DNA of 64,000 nucleotides. It comes from Strigamia acuminata (Eukaryota). How positions within the stretch are numbered: the first letter of the stretch is position 1; each line of letters opens with the position of its first letter. The stretch lies in NCBI GenBank assembly GCA_949358305.1, contig OX442314.1, positions 31,620,001-31,684,000 on the forward strand. The letters run 5' to 3'. Positions 9,946-23,103 of the stretch are shown one piece after another. The translations under genes were made by a program, and so were the position numbers. Below the pieces are notes generated by a model, which saw nothing but the letters and a program-made list of their open reading frames with translations, searched no databases and was not told the origin of the DNA.

Positions 9946-10109
9946 AAATTTGTTAAAAAATCTTAAGGTACATTTGAAAATTCACATCAATTTCTTTAAA
10001 AAAATTTAATGAAATAAAAACTACTCTCTCTGTATTTTTTTCTTATTTTTATTTTTATTACACACAAAACATAAATTCTCATTTTTTATTTTTTTTTTTA
10101 TTTTTTTTT

Positions 10110-12041
10110 ATTTGTTAAACTTCAAATTTTTAAACAAAAAATTCTTGCGTTTGCAAGATAAAGCACGGATCCGTCGACGCAGTGCATCCATGCGTTTGAA
10201 TTACAGGGGGGGAGGGGGTCTAAAAATCTAAAAATCAGCATTACATAATTTATGGATGGCCCCTTATAAATAATTACAAAAGTACAAAAGTAAATCAAAC
10301 CTGGTCATGTCTCTGAACTGTAAGTTCACTTATCCTCTTCGCAGTGCCACTGCCTGTTGGTGCAACCCACATACATAAAAGTTCTGTGCAGCTTTTATCA
10401 TCAGGAATAATTTCAATTTTTTTTTCTAAAAGGAATGCTAAAACTTCCAGTATTCCTCCAATGTGATGGCAAGATCCTGATAATCTTTTAAAAATTAAAA
10501 AACAAGTTATTAAAATTATAATTAGAGAAAAAAGTAGCTTAAAAAACTTACCCAGCTGGACAAGAACAGTGTGCATCTAAAATTTTTTCATGTGTTAAAG
10601 ACACACACACACTGTGGGGATGTGGTCTTTGTGATGGCAGGACATCACATATAACTACAGCATTTATTTGCTCATGTGGATTGTGCAAAATTAAATTTTT
10701 TTTTACATATCCACCATATGCATATTTGTACCTCTTTTCTGAATTAATGAGTAGAAATTTTTCAATCCATTCTTTATTTAATGGTGGAAAATTTAAAAGA
10801 CTTTTCCCCCAAATACCCTGGAATGACTTTAATAAAAGTGCAGTTGGAATATTTATCAAAGTTGTCATCTTATTATTGTGAAATCCCACAAATGTAAGTT
10901 AGTAATTTTGTCTTCTAAAATGGTTCAGTGAATTTGCAAACAGTGAATTTCTCAGATGTAAAATAACAAGACTTTCCTAGTTGAAGTAAAAATGTCAACT
11001 GATTTTATTCTATGTGAAAATCTGGTTATAACCAAAAAGGTGATAGTTTTCTCAGAAACGAGATCAAAAAGATAGAAAAGGGTTCAAAGAACTTTATACA
11101 ATAAAAAACGTCACTATATCTGGAGGCAGTTACAAGTTTGGGGAGGAACACCAAATTGCATCAACCTTTTTCCCCCAAAACATGCAAAGGCAATACAGTT
11201 ATTGTGGGACACACGACCCAAGTTGTGGTTATGTATGTCGCCACCAGGGCGCGCTAAACAACTGCGCATGCGCAGTTTGGGATCGCGCTAATCGTGAATT
11301 CCTCGTCGGTGGGTATGGTGCCATGCCGTGAAAGCACCCTCATGCTTTTGGCTTAGCTGGTACTGCGGGCGGCGGTGCCTTAATCTGCGAAAAATCACCT
11401 CTTCTCTTCATTTCCCCCGCTGCAGCTGACGGTAAGGGGGACAAGGGAGGAGGAGAAGGAATCGACTAGGTGGACGTCACAGACGCACGTGCAGACGACT
11501 ATGACGGAAACGGAAAAACTACATTTCCTCTACATAAATAAATACCGTAAATAAATCAAAGAAAAATTTAATTTTTAAAACAAAAAGAAAAAAATTTTTA
11601 AAATTTAACTTACCGATGAACGGCCAATGCAGCATTTCGTTGATAAATAATGACATCAGTTAACAAGAAGTCCACTTCAGTTAGCTTGAATAAATCCTCA
11701 GTGGTGAGCTGAGAATACTCTGGCATCGGTGGCGGTGGTGGCATTTCCACGTTGTCCCCTTGTGGTTGTGGCGGCGGCTCCACGTTACCCTCCTCCTCTT
11801 CTTGTACCACGGGGAGTCTGGCTAAGGCAAGATGCTCTTCATTGTTCCTGCGATGTCTGGAAATCTGTGCTTGAAGGCGCTCATGGTAGTCATTTTCATC
11901 ACGTCTGGATGTATTTTGCTGGCGTCCCTCTACGATGGCAATGGGCGCATCTGCTCTGGATGAGGGCCCTGCACGATTTTCATCATCATCATTGCCGTCA
12001 TCTCGCTTGAATTTTTTGCACGGTGCGTTTTCTCGATCCAT
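10110..12041 (-). pseudogene. Unknown spliced gene G1 (exon A ...LTEVDFLLTDVIIYQRNAALAVHR; Pro-rich exon B ...RMDALRR..RALSCKRKNFLFK), split by a transposon
   Basis: GTAAGT donor at ~11612; T-rich intron shared with 36280-36345; exon B pieces at ~11304-11535 and 10110-10200 match 35933-36280. Confidence 0.6.
10270..11303 (-). mobile_element. DNA transposon fragment encoding a spliced SWIM-domain protein (type associated with YqaJ nuclease in ISL2EU/Kolobok-like elements)
   Basis: DAHCSCPAG|gtaag intron then LSGSCHHIGGIL..DKSCTELLCMW; terminus-like GAGGAATTCACG with a TGCGCATGCGCA palindrome near 11260-11303; interrupts exon B of the unknown gene G1. Confidence 0.6.
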
Positions 12042-12679
12042 TTTTCTTTTAAAGTTGGTAACACTTGTTCTGCTTTTGCTTACTTTCTCTGTGTGATAAG
12101 AAGCGTCCGCACGTATGGTCATACAAGTAATTGAGCTGTATTTCCTGTCTGTGCCACAACTTGGCACGATGAATAATAATAATAATAATTTTTTAAAAAA
12201 ATATGATGACTTAAATTTCACCTATGTTGATTTTTGTTTTGCTTTAACATTATCGGACAGGATGCAAAAGTAAAAACAGCACCTGTCTCATCTTCTACGT
12301 CTATACTACGTTTGATTTCTGTCTTATTGCTACTCCGCGAACAACATGAGTGAAATTGTCCTGAAACAATTTCTGTTGGATGTGAAAAAGGCATGTGATG
12401 ATGCCTTGCTGGAATTACGGTAATCATATTTTATTTGTTCGTATCTCATCCATCCACACAACTCGTAAACCTTTTGGGTCTAAAAAATTTTGTTTTGTTT
12501 TGTTTTGTTTCCCATCATATATTGGTTACATTGTAATGTTTATTTATGGGATTATGCTTAACAAGGGGATAGGATTAATTATGCAACGCTCTCGGTTGAG
12601 CGGAATAACGAGGTTTCAATTTCCTTTCAGTGGTTTGGGAAGGGGGGATCAGTGAGATACTGATACCGGGTCAACCTGC

Positions 12680-12892
12680 TTGAACAGATGAAGAAAACTC
12701 ATCATTTCACTCTTATTTTTTACGGAGTATTTTTTTTTTATTTGTAAAACATTGTTTTGAAGCTGAAATAAAGGACAACAAAGTGTAGTAATGCGTCATA
12801 TTTGCCAATCATTTATTTGCACACAACAAAGGAGAAAGAAAAAATATTTTTTAGAATTTTTGATGTTTCCAAACTTATGCTTGCCACTAGTA
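12680..12892. mobile_element. Isolated Tc1/mariner terminal fragment
   Basis: Matches 39070-39275 (...GTTTCCAAACTTATGCTT(G/T)CCACTAGTA), the end of the Tc1 element. Confidence 0.75.
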
Positions 12893-14689
12893 GATAATGA
12901 GTCGCTACTGGTTTCATTTCTTGTATTAATCGGTTCTTTACTTCCTGTAGAAACGATTGTCGATTTGTTCTGCTGTCAAAAAAGTCGTTATAGTCTTCCT
13001 TCTCCTGCCGGAGACGTGGCCGTGGCCGTGGCAAAGGAGAACGTGCTGGAAAAGCCAATGTCAGCCAGTTCACAGTGAGCGACGAACGGGACACATTCTA
13101 CTCACTTGTCAGCGGTGGAACCAGCATCTGATGACATTAATAATCCTCTCTTGTCTTGCTTGTCAGACTCCCCGGGAACAGTTGACGCAACACAGCCATT
13201 GATACTCTTGCTGTATGGCAAGTTGCCTCGACTTATTGAAACCAAACATTTCAGACATAAAAAATGGCATTCATAGCTCTACATAATAGCTTTAGTTTCA
13301 AATAAAATATTTAATTACATACAGAGTAATTATATTTTCAAAATGATCAGGGTTCTCTGGCTGAATCTGTACTTCCGGAAAAACAATGGCCAAGACGTCG
13401 TAAATGCACGAACCAATCGGCAGATTTCATGGATTGGACTATAAATTATGTCGTGGACACAATCATTTTAATAAACTATAACACCGTAAATATAATTTTC
13501 GATTTTTAATTTTTTTTGAAATTGCCGGGCATTTCCCATGCATGCGATAGATGCGCCATTGGTGGACTCAACTATCACTACGTTAGCTTTGATTAATAGT
13601 GTTTTCTCTTAGCCTTATTCATTCTTGATAATAATTTTGGGATGTTTTCAGGAAAACTAAAATCTGTGCTTATCTCTTTTTAAATCATTCTGAATTTTAA
13701 ATTCTTTGACTCGGAACGAGAGAAAAGACACTAATGATTTGTTCTACCTTCACCGGATATCGTGTTTTTGCGCCTGTGAACCCCGTACTGATCGTTCTCA
13801 CAAAGGAAGGCGTCGGTCGGTTGGTCGGTTCGTTCGTGAGTGTGCTTAGTCGTTTTCGTTGCTGATCATGGTTTATGTAGGTAAATTTCTGTCCTCAGAT
13901 GGGTAATTTTTCATCGTAATGTTCCAAAGTAAGTTTGTTTAGCATTGCGGCTGCTTTATTTCACTACTTAATTCGAATTTCGCTACTTGTTTTTGTCGAT
14001 CAAACATTCCATTCCATCCGTGTGTCATATTTCAAGGGAGTGGTCGCTCAAAAAGCAGGAAAATTGTTCGATTTGGAAATGGTGAGGGGGAATTACTCAC
14101 ACTGTACGAAATTTCTAATTTTTTTTTTTTTTTTTTTTACTTTTTTTATGTTTTTAATTTATTTTTTTTTTTTTTTTAAATTTTTTTTTTTTCATTTACG
14201 CAATAATTGGTAGTAGTATTGCTTGACAAATGTGGTATAATTATACCTTTCAGATCATCTCTAAAATTTGGCTTTAGAGGTAATCGAAGCTGGGAAATTA
14301 ATGGTGTTGACGGTTTTGGGCGGAAACGGAGGCGGGAAAACGCGATAAATGGCTGTTAAGGGGGAAGTTGTTATCTCTGCTTCCACAGTGCTGGCATGGG
14401 GGGGGGGGTCGGGAAAGTATAATTGTTCCCAAAATAGATTTGATTGTGCGAACAAACTCAATAATAGTAAAAAAAGTAATAGTAAAAATAATAGGAAGTT
14501 AGGGGGTGTAAAATCCAACTCTCAACCTACACGCGGTCACCCCTGGAGAAACTGACGACTTGAACTAGTCTCAGTGGAACCAAAAGAGAGCTCTGGTCAA
14601 ATGCAGCTGCATGCAATTTGTCCTGCTTTCAATTTAAAAAAAATATATCTTGTGGTTGATATATTTTGTATTGTAAGCCCGAATTCCTC

Positions 14690-15035
14690 ACAACAAACGT
14701 GGCATTTACATTTATTTGTATTGCAAGCCCACACCCCCTACAAGATTGTGGCATTTACATTTATTTGTATTGTAAGCCTGCAATCCTACAAGGTTGTGGC
14801 ATTTACATTTATTTGTATTGTAAGCCTGCAATCCTACATGTGGCATTTACATGATTTTATACCACATTTTTACATGAATCTACTTCATCCAATATTTTAT
14901 TCAGAAGATTCCTAAGATATTTGTGCAGGTGCTGTTGTTGGTTGTTCTTGATTCAACTTTTGAGATCGATTGTTCCAAGATCTTGTTTTGTATCCACTGC
15001 AACTATTTTTTCTCAATATTTGTTCGTTGTTAAGT
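14690..15035. repeat. 48-bp minisatellite plus flank, duplicated at ~18645-18940
   Basis: Unit TTGTGGCATTTACATTTATTTGTATTGTAAGCCTGCAATCCTACAAGG occurs at both loci with the same downstream flank. Confidence 0.85.
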
Positions 15036-15740
15036 GGCCATTTGTGTAAAATTATAATTTTTTTATTTTACTACCTTGGCCCTCTGGTTTTGATTTGGTT
15101 TTCTACCCACGTTATCATTGGATGGTTTATTACCTGTTGACTAGTTTCTCCTCCATTACCCATTATTGTTTTTTCCCAATGTTTATTTGGCGCAATATTG
15201 TTTTATCACAATACTTAATGGCCACTGGTTCCTGGTTCACACTTAATCCTCGTATAAAACCCCAACATCCCTGGTACATATGTGCCACTGCCATTTCTTC
15301 TTTCCATCTAGAGTAATTACTTTCTAGTTAAGTGAATTTCAAACATAAATGCCATTGACAATTTTTTGGTTTTCAATGGAATCTTCATGTAACGAGACCA
15401 TATTTCGAAAAATCGTCGTCAAACCTATCGATTCTCCTCATTGGAATGTTGTTCATTGGGTTGAACTTGGCTAGCATTACTATTTTTCGAGGAAGTTTCT
15501 GGTTAAAATTCGTTGGAGCATCTCTTGTCTGTCTTATCGATTTTCGTTGTCGTTTCCATTGCTGTTCGGCTTTTCTTGGGCATGCCTGGAGCCGGAGGAG
15601 GCAATAAAGATTGTTTATTGTGCTTAAATGTATAGATTCCCTTGCCCTCATTCCCAGATGAAACTGATGACATGAACACTGTTTAATTTTGAGCAGTTGT
15701 TGCTGCAATTCGTGCAACTAAAAACAATTGTAATTGTAAT

Positions 15741-15939
15741 TACCGTAATGTCTCGAATAAACGCCGGGACGTTTATTAATTATTCTGACTTGACACACAC
15801 ACACACACACCCCCACCCCTCCTCCATTGGGTCAGTTCAGGGCGGCGCGCAGTGTACTAGACGCTGCAAATTACTCCTCCGGCGTTTAATCGAGTCCCGG
15901 CACCTATTTATGCCCGGCGTTTATTCGGGGCAGTAGGTA
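15741..15939. mobile_element. MITE with pogo/Tc1-mariner-type ends
   Basis: TA-CCGTAATGTCTCGAATAAACGCCGGG ... CCCGGCGTTTATTCGGGGCAGTAGG-TA; imperfect TIRs flanked by TA. Confidence 0.7.
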
Positions 15940-16899
15940 CCTCATTTCATTTCCTTTCAGATTGCTTTTATTAGTTTAGTTGCATCACAGATGACGTAAA
16001 TTATGCGTTCAATTTTCTGGTAAATGCAGCCACTCGGTCACGTATTTGGGCAAAAGTGTATTTCGCCGTTAGTTGTCTCATTTCGTCACATTCGACGAGC
16101 GCGCGACGCAATTTAGCCGAACGAATTTTGCCAAATTTGTTGGTCAGTGATTTCAAATTTTGTGCGATTTTAGCTCGATCTTCAGGCTTGAAGGACCGAC
16201 GAGTTTGTTTTCCCTCCCAGAATGAATACGACGGTGGTGAGTCGACGACCTCGATAGCCATGGAGTTGTCATCGTCGTTGCTATCTGAGGCGTTTTCCTT
16301 GACTGTGGCGATTGTGGTGACCGTCTCTTCTGGAGAACATGAGTTGTTGGCTTACTTTTATGGTTGCTGCTCGTGTGCATTTGTTCCATGATGATTTTCT
16401 GCAACAATTTAAACGTTTTGTCTAATTTAATGTTTTGGTTTGTCAGGAGAGATCAATGAAAGAAGTGAAATGCACCTTGGCGCGGGATATGAGGAGAGAG
16501 GAGTCAGCAACGACCTTCACTCGTTGGAGGTTCATTTGAGAGTGGTGTGCTAAACCTAAATGCCTCCAGTTTAAGTTTTTAACATGTGGTCCCCTTTAGT
16601 GTTGCCCTGTTTTATTGTGGAGTGGCGTTGGGGTTGTTTCTTTATTTGTTTGTGCATTGGTTGTATGAAAAACGAGGGCAACATTTCAAATCTCTGCTTA
16701 TTATTTTCTGGTTGAACCCCTCCACATTGCCTGTCAAGAATTTCCCACATATAGGCTCACTTGGATTTATACCACCACTTTGTTACGTGGTTTATGGGGT
16801 TTTAAAGCATTGACTCCCTGGTTAAACTTAAATTCTTTTATTAATCGGAAATATTCCGCAAATACCGGTAGTTATCCAAATTGCAATTATTGCAAAGTC

Positions 16900-17660
16900 A
16901 GACAATTCTAACAACTGTAGCTGCTCTCCGTTTGAGGCACGTAACTGAAGCACGTGGTGAAACAAAAGGATAAAACTCTGACTTATGATGGTTGCACATT
17001 AAATGCCACAGTAGCCACAGAATGCAAAAGCCTGTTAGTGTTGCAAATAATTGTATGTCCATTCCCAAGAGTGAGTAACTGATTTAATAATTGCTACCTA
17101 GTGCTTGTGTGAGTAGGATCATCTGCTAGGATCTTTGCTGAGATTAAATCCAGTCTGTACAGTTTTGCAAGCAATGGTGATGTCACATCTAGTGAATTGT
17201 CAAGAAGAAATAATGACATTTCAGTGCCACACTGGTGAAGAGTGACACAACACATTTGCGATTGAATATGAAAATTGATCCTTCTCTGCTGACCAAGTTG
17301 ATCAGAGCAGGTCGCATCCATACTGGCACACTTGCCACAAAAGCATTCCATTCTAAAAGCCCAATATGTGTGTGTTGCATGTGAATGTTGCTACCATCCT
17401 GCACATCAACATGAAATTTGGTAATGTGGCCTGTTGCACTGCTACTGATGTTTTTAAGTGAGAAATGCAAACAATGTAGTCAAATCGAAACTTGTTAGCA
17501 TAGTTTCTCACTTGAAATGCTTGTGGTATTTCATTTTTCAAAGCAGTCATGATTAAAAGTCTGACAGGTTCTCACTTGGCAGCACTCAGGTGACCATTTC
17601 CTTCTTTATGATTGAGACCTGGTCTTAAATCACTGTGACCATCATGCTTTTTCACACCTT
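16900..17660 (-). pseudogene. Decayed Cys-rich ORF, possibly an RNA-virus envelope glycoprotein fragment
   Basis: Frameshifted run ECCQVRTCQ..MECFCGKCASMDATCSDQ..QMCCVTLHQCG; intronless and CpG-poor; similarity is impressionistic only. Confidence 0.3.
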
Positions 17661-17934
17661 TTTTTATTTTTTAAGAATCAAAATCGATGTCATGGATCCG
17701 TCGGTACACCTGACCGCCAGAGCGCGTGATAAGTAAAACAGGAGGCGTAAACTCAACGATGAATTTATATTGGATTGTTTTATATCTACTGTGTGTAAAG
17801 TTTTGAAAATAACTTTCATTATTACCACATGATTGTTCAGATAGGACATGTTTTGTTTTCACATCCCCATTGCAAGAAACAGTGGTAGTGAAAGGTGTGT
17901 CTACAATTTAATTCAGCCACTTGTTCATCCTTCT

Positions 17935-18288
17935 TCATATTAAATTGACAGATAAGCAATCTTCAGTAGAGTCTACCTCTAGTATTTTTGGTTGTAATTC
18001 TTGTGGTTCATGTGGAGGTGGTGATAGTGGTGGTAGTGGCAACTGATGAACTACTTCTTCATCATCTGATAAATAAATAAGTTTTTCTGGTTGCACCAAC
18101 TGTTGCTGTTGTTGATTTGCTAATGTTGTTTCTGCAATCCGAAGTCGCTCCTGCACCATGGCTAAATGGTTTTGAGAGAATTCCAAGTATCTCTCTAATG
18201 ATGTTATCTGTGCATTTTGTTGTGCAAGCCGTTCTTGCACATGTCCATACACAAACTGGATTACCAACTCACTTGGCTGACGATTCAT
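17935..18288 (-). pseudogene. Coiled-coil/Pro-rich ORF resembling the RING-gene N-terminus (G3 family), truncated before the RING
   Basis: PKILEVDSTEDC parallels PEILLVDINMDC at 20385-20732; its 3' end is duplicated at ~26060-26168. Confidence 0.4.
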
Positions 18289-19057
18289 TCATTTCAAGTG
18301 GTGCAAGTGGTGGCACGTGGTTCTGTGCTGGTTGTAGAAGGAGTGGTGGTGGTGGTTGTGTCCCCTGTGTTCTATTTTGCTAAAAATAATCCTACATTTC
18401 ATCAAATACATTTCTGTATGCTCTTCCTTGATTTGTCATGATTTCTTTTGATTGAATTTGGCTCCTGACTTTTATCTCTTCCTGCTTTAACGTGATATCC
18501 TGCTTTAACATAACCTTTAAAATAAAAACCATACAGAAAACTTAAGCTTTACATCACTGTATCAAATGAAGTGTCATTCACTTCCATTCACTTGCCAATG
18601 CTTGAAGGTGGGCATACTGATGTACGCCAGCAGCGTGAAAACTTTTTGCAAGCCCACACCATGATTGTGGCATTTACAATTATTTGTATTGTAAGCCTGC
18701 AATCCTACAAGGTTGTGGCATTTACATTTATTTGTATTGTAAGCCTGCAATCCTACCCGATTGTGGCATTTACATGATTTTATACCACATTTTTACATGA
18801 ATCTACTTCATCCAATATTTTCTTCAGAAGATTCCTGAAATATTTGTGCAGGCGCTGTTGTTGGTTGTTGTCGATTGTTCCAGGATCTTGTTTTGTAACC
18901 ACTGTAACTATTTTTTCTCAATATTTGTTAGTTGTTAAGTAAAATATAAAATGTATCATTTTACACAAATGGCCACTATCTTGGCCCTCTGGTTTGGATT
19001 TGGTTTCCTACTCCGCGTCTTTTTCTTCCACCCGCATCTACAGGTTGGTTACCGTGC

Positions 19058-19185
19058 TCTGCAGTCGTCCTATTTCTCTATTAGCCTGAGTCTGCAGATT
19101 GACGATCGAATCCTGCAGTCGTTCTATTTCTCTATAAGCCTGAGTCTGCAGATTGACGATCGAATCCTGCAGTCGTCCTATTTCT
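19058..19185. repeat. 54-bp tandem repeat (EIGRLQDSIVNLQTQAxR on the minus strand)
   Basis: About 2.3 copies are visible directly. Confidence 0.8.
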
Positions 19186-19709
19186 GAATCCGTAGATGGG
19201 TGATTGTGTCCTGTAGGCGTCTTATTTCTTCGTTCGCCCGCGCCTGCATGCCGATGATCGTGTTCTGCAGGTGATGTCCGGTGTTTTCCTCCGTCTTCTT
19301 GCTGCACGTAGCACTGACGAACTCGTCGATCAAGATCTTCATTTTTTGTTCGAACAATATCTTTGCCTCTTGACTGTTGCTTTCGGGATTCTCGTGTACG
19401 CAACTTTCCTGGTATAAAGAAAAAGAGGAACGTATGATCAGTGACACACGAAAAAATGAAGGTATACACGTACCTGCACGTCTCGCATCATAGGATTTTC
19501 TATCGTAGGATTTCTCTTGGATTCATTAGCATTAACATTAGCAATGTATATATATATACATGTATATTTTTTTTTTACTACGGATTGATTGACAGCAGGA
19601 CGACTTGGTTGGTCTCGAATCGACGGCCGGTAGTTCATCACCAATGGGTTTGGTGAATTGGCCGCCACAAAGGGGTTTCGTGAATTGGCCGGCGAATTGG
19701 CCGCCACAA

Positions 19710-19850
19710 TGCCGAGTATTTTCTTCGGCTCTCCCAAATCTCTAATGTTGAATTTTGATGTCAGCTTTTTCAAACAATAGTCAATTAGTTTGTCATTTGA
19801 GGCTAACACCAACATGTCATATACATAAATTTCAATGATGATCAACCCTC
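19710..19850 (-). mobile_element. Ty1/Copia RT fragment
   Basis: IYVYDMLVLAS..LTSKFNIRDLGEPKKILGI (YVDD and F.MKDLG motifs). Confidence 0.8.
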
Positions 19851-20384
19851 CTTTTCTTCGGCATATAAAGATATATACATCCGATTTCCAGTCTTACATA
19901 AGTTAGTACTTCGAGAATTTGTCTAATCGAATGCGGGCGAAGTTCGGCCGAATTTGTGCGAAATGCAGGCGATGTTCGGCCGCATTTGCGCGATCGAATG
20001 CGGCTGATGTTCGGCTGCATTTGTGCTCAAGATAATCAAAAACTTGATGATAGAATTGGTTTTTAACTCGTTCATTCCAAGAGACTAGCTTGTAATTCTT
20101 CTGCTCGTTTCCATTTTCCCAGTTCGGGAAAAGTATGAAATTCTGGCGCCATATGAATGCCTTATCATTGACATCCATGATTCTACAGGACCATCTTCTT
20201 AAGAGTATAGACGCTAATGTCTCTAGCTTTTTCTGTCTTTCTTCTAAAGTTCTACCAACTACTTCAATATAAAATTCCATGTTATCCAAAAAGAAAAAAA
20301 AATTTCGTTAAAGCAAAAAAATTGAAAAGTCTGACCTGAAAACAGTAGCCTATTGAAACGTGAGGAGGGGGAACTACCGATGTA

Positions 20385-20732
20385 TTACACGGTTTGATGA
20401 ACATTATACCCCCATTCTTTTATACAAATATGATGGTAAGTGTGTCTACACTTTAACATATTCACATTTTGACCTTTACAAATTGCATTCTGACAAATGA
20501 TGCAATCCATGTTTATATCTACCAAAAGTATTTCAGGAACCAGTTGCACTGCTGGTGGAGGTGGATGATCTGCAGGTGGAGGTGGTATGCCTGCTGGTGG
20601 AGGTGGTTTGTCTTCTGGTGGAGGTGGTACGTCTGCTGGTGGAAGAAGATATCGCAACTTTTGTTGCTGCTCATTCATTAACAACTCCATTGCCCGAATG
20701 TGATTTTGCATTATTTCAATTTGTACACGCAT
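20385..20732 (-). pseudogene. Coiled-coil, Pro-rich, truncated RING-H2 ORF (G3 family)
   Basis: CIICQNAICKGQNVNMLKCRHTYHHICIKEW; the final CPxC pair is missing. Confidence 0.7.
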
Positions 20733-21714
20733 ATTTTCTTTTTCTTGATTTTGCTGTTGTATATATTGTAAAACATACCGGAGCTCGCCAGGTCTCGGGA
20801 TATTTATTACCCGTTGTGGTGGTGCAATGGTGGTGAATTTGGTGGATGAATTTCTTCCATTATTTCATCTGAGTGTTCAAATATTCGAAGTGGTGGTCTG
20901 TATGTCAAGTTTGCCTATGCGCGGACAATTCGATGGTATACGGTACCCGCCTTGGCTTTTAGGTGCTATTTTTTTTCTTTTGGTTCTATACGCAATCTGT
21001 ATGTAACACATCCAAAGCGTTTTAAATGTTTTACATTAGCCATAATGCTTGTCCAAATTTCCATTGGTGTTTTTCCATGAATACTTGATTGGCAGCATTA
21101 AACTGCAAGTGAAACTGTCGTTCCAATTTGGCAGCAGCTTTGGCATTCTTTATAAATCCCTCCAGTTTTGCCCCCTTCCCATTTTCAGAGAATTTTGGGA
21201 CGAGGCTTCTAAATATAAAAACATCCACAACTAACATTTCAAGTTCTAACAAAACAATTTAAGAACAAGTAAAATGGAAAAAAGTCGGAATTCAGTTATT
21301 TTAAAAGGTGTATTCACTGTCATTTACGGTTTCGTTCTTCTTCTATTTTTATGTGCGAAACCTTGTAGATTGCTTCCAATTTCGTTTTTTCATCTGTGCT
21401 CTGCATATCGTCTTTGATCAATTTCCAGAATGTTTTTGCACATTTTTCGTGCATATACATCATTTGTTTGTATTCGCTCATATTGTCTATTATCATCATT
21501 TTGGCTTTGGCCCGTAATAGTTATATAACAACGCTCTAACAGATAGTTCTTTTTTTTTTCTTTTTCTGGTTTGCTGTGTCGAAGCTTCAGATCAGGCCGA
21601 TCACGTGGTGAGCACCGCCGTTTTGTAAAGTTTGCCTAAGTTATAATTGCGTTTACTAAAATTTCATTTGTCAAAAATAACACTTTCAGGTGTTCGGGTG
21701 TTTAAAAAAACTTA

Positions 21715-22110
21715 CTTCAGAATTGATAGTTGTGGCAGCAATTGGGTCTTGGTCTTCATGAGGTAGTAATTGTTCATCTTTTAAGTTGAAATGTTTTAAA
21801 CAAATATATGTACTTTTTTTTAAACATCATCCAGTTTAGAAAACTTGCCATCTGATCTCCGACATAAGTTGATCCACCGTTGACACTTTGCACAAATCAA
21901 ACAATCACCAGTCTTAATTGTTGGTCACGATATGCTGCACATGGTTTTGGAAATGGAATAAATCTCGCACTGTTGTCAAAACAATAGTCTATTAACTAAC
22001 TCAGTCTTGACGCCGGTTTCAGGAAGACGTCTGAAAACCAACTCTGCCTTCAAATCTCCAACTTTAAATTTTTAAATCGCTGCACCGTCAATTGAATCCA
22101 AAGCTGACAT
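21715..22110 (-). pseudogene. SAP-domain and THAP-domain fragments, transposon-derived
   Basis: KFKVGDLKAELVFRRLPETGVKTELVNRL (SAP); RFIPFPKP..KCQRWINLCRR..TYICLKHF (THAP); contains internal stops. Confidence 0.6.
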
Positions 22111-22666
22111 TTTTTTGTTAAAAAAAAAAATTGCATACGCACAGAAAAAAAAAGACAATTTGAAACACAACTAAGCTAACTATCCAAATGTATGCACAGA
22201 AAAAAAAAGAATTCTCAAAACACTGAAAATCTTACATGTATAAAAAATAGATAAACAAGGGAAACACGGTCCTCCATTTAGGGGTTGATCTTCTCTTTAG
22301 AAGATGAAAATAGATACTCTTTTTAGATCCTTTTTTAGAGGATTTTACTTTCATTCAAACTCATCCAGAATGTGCAAACATCGTCTTAAAATACGACCCA
22401 ACAAAGCACATTTCAACCCAGCAGCCCAACCCTAGGCCGCAAAACCGTAAACCGATAAAAATACACTAAAATCCATTTGATTATAACCCAAGTTTACACA
22501 TTCTTTCTATTTACTCTCTATTTTAAAAGAGTTTGTCTGTCTGCCTATGTGTTCTATACTAAAGAATAATTTAAAAATTTTTTTTGAAAGATTTAATTTT
22601 AAAAATTGAATACATTGAAATTTTTGAATAACAGGAGATATCGAAATACAGGAGGACAGACACAGC

Positions 22667-22950
22667 CTACAACTCGGCTGTGCATCTCTGCTCTGCCCGA
22701 CGAATTCGTCCGCGTATTTGATGATCAGTCAAGTCACTCACGATCTTCACTGCGATATAATGGTTGTTCTCGTGGGCACCGCACATCAGGCACACAAACC
22801 CTGTGCGCCCTGACGGTATATTATTCCGTATTTGTTTGCACCGTTCTAAAATGGTGAAAAAAAATGAATTTTTTACCAACTCTATTAAAAAATCTTTAAA
22901 CCACTTGCCGTATTTCTGAAGAAACGTTACTGCTGTTTCAGAGTTCATTT
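22667..22950 (-). pseudogene. Unknown small spliced gene G2 (CxxCxxHEN), copy 1
   Basis: MNSETAVTFLQKY|intron|ERCKQIRNNIPSGRTGFVCLMCGAHENNHYIAVKI..QIRGRIRRAE; three further paralogues occur in the window. Confidence 0.6.
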
Positions 22951-23103
22951 TGCAGTTGAAAATGGTTGCTTTTTTTCCTTTTCTTATCATGCCCTTAATT
23001 ATTTTTTGTTTATTGTCAGTAGGAAATTGCTAATTGGTAATTGGTAAACCCCTTTTTTTGTTATCTGTTTTCTGCGCGCCACCTTGCAACAGCTTCACCG
23101 CAT

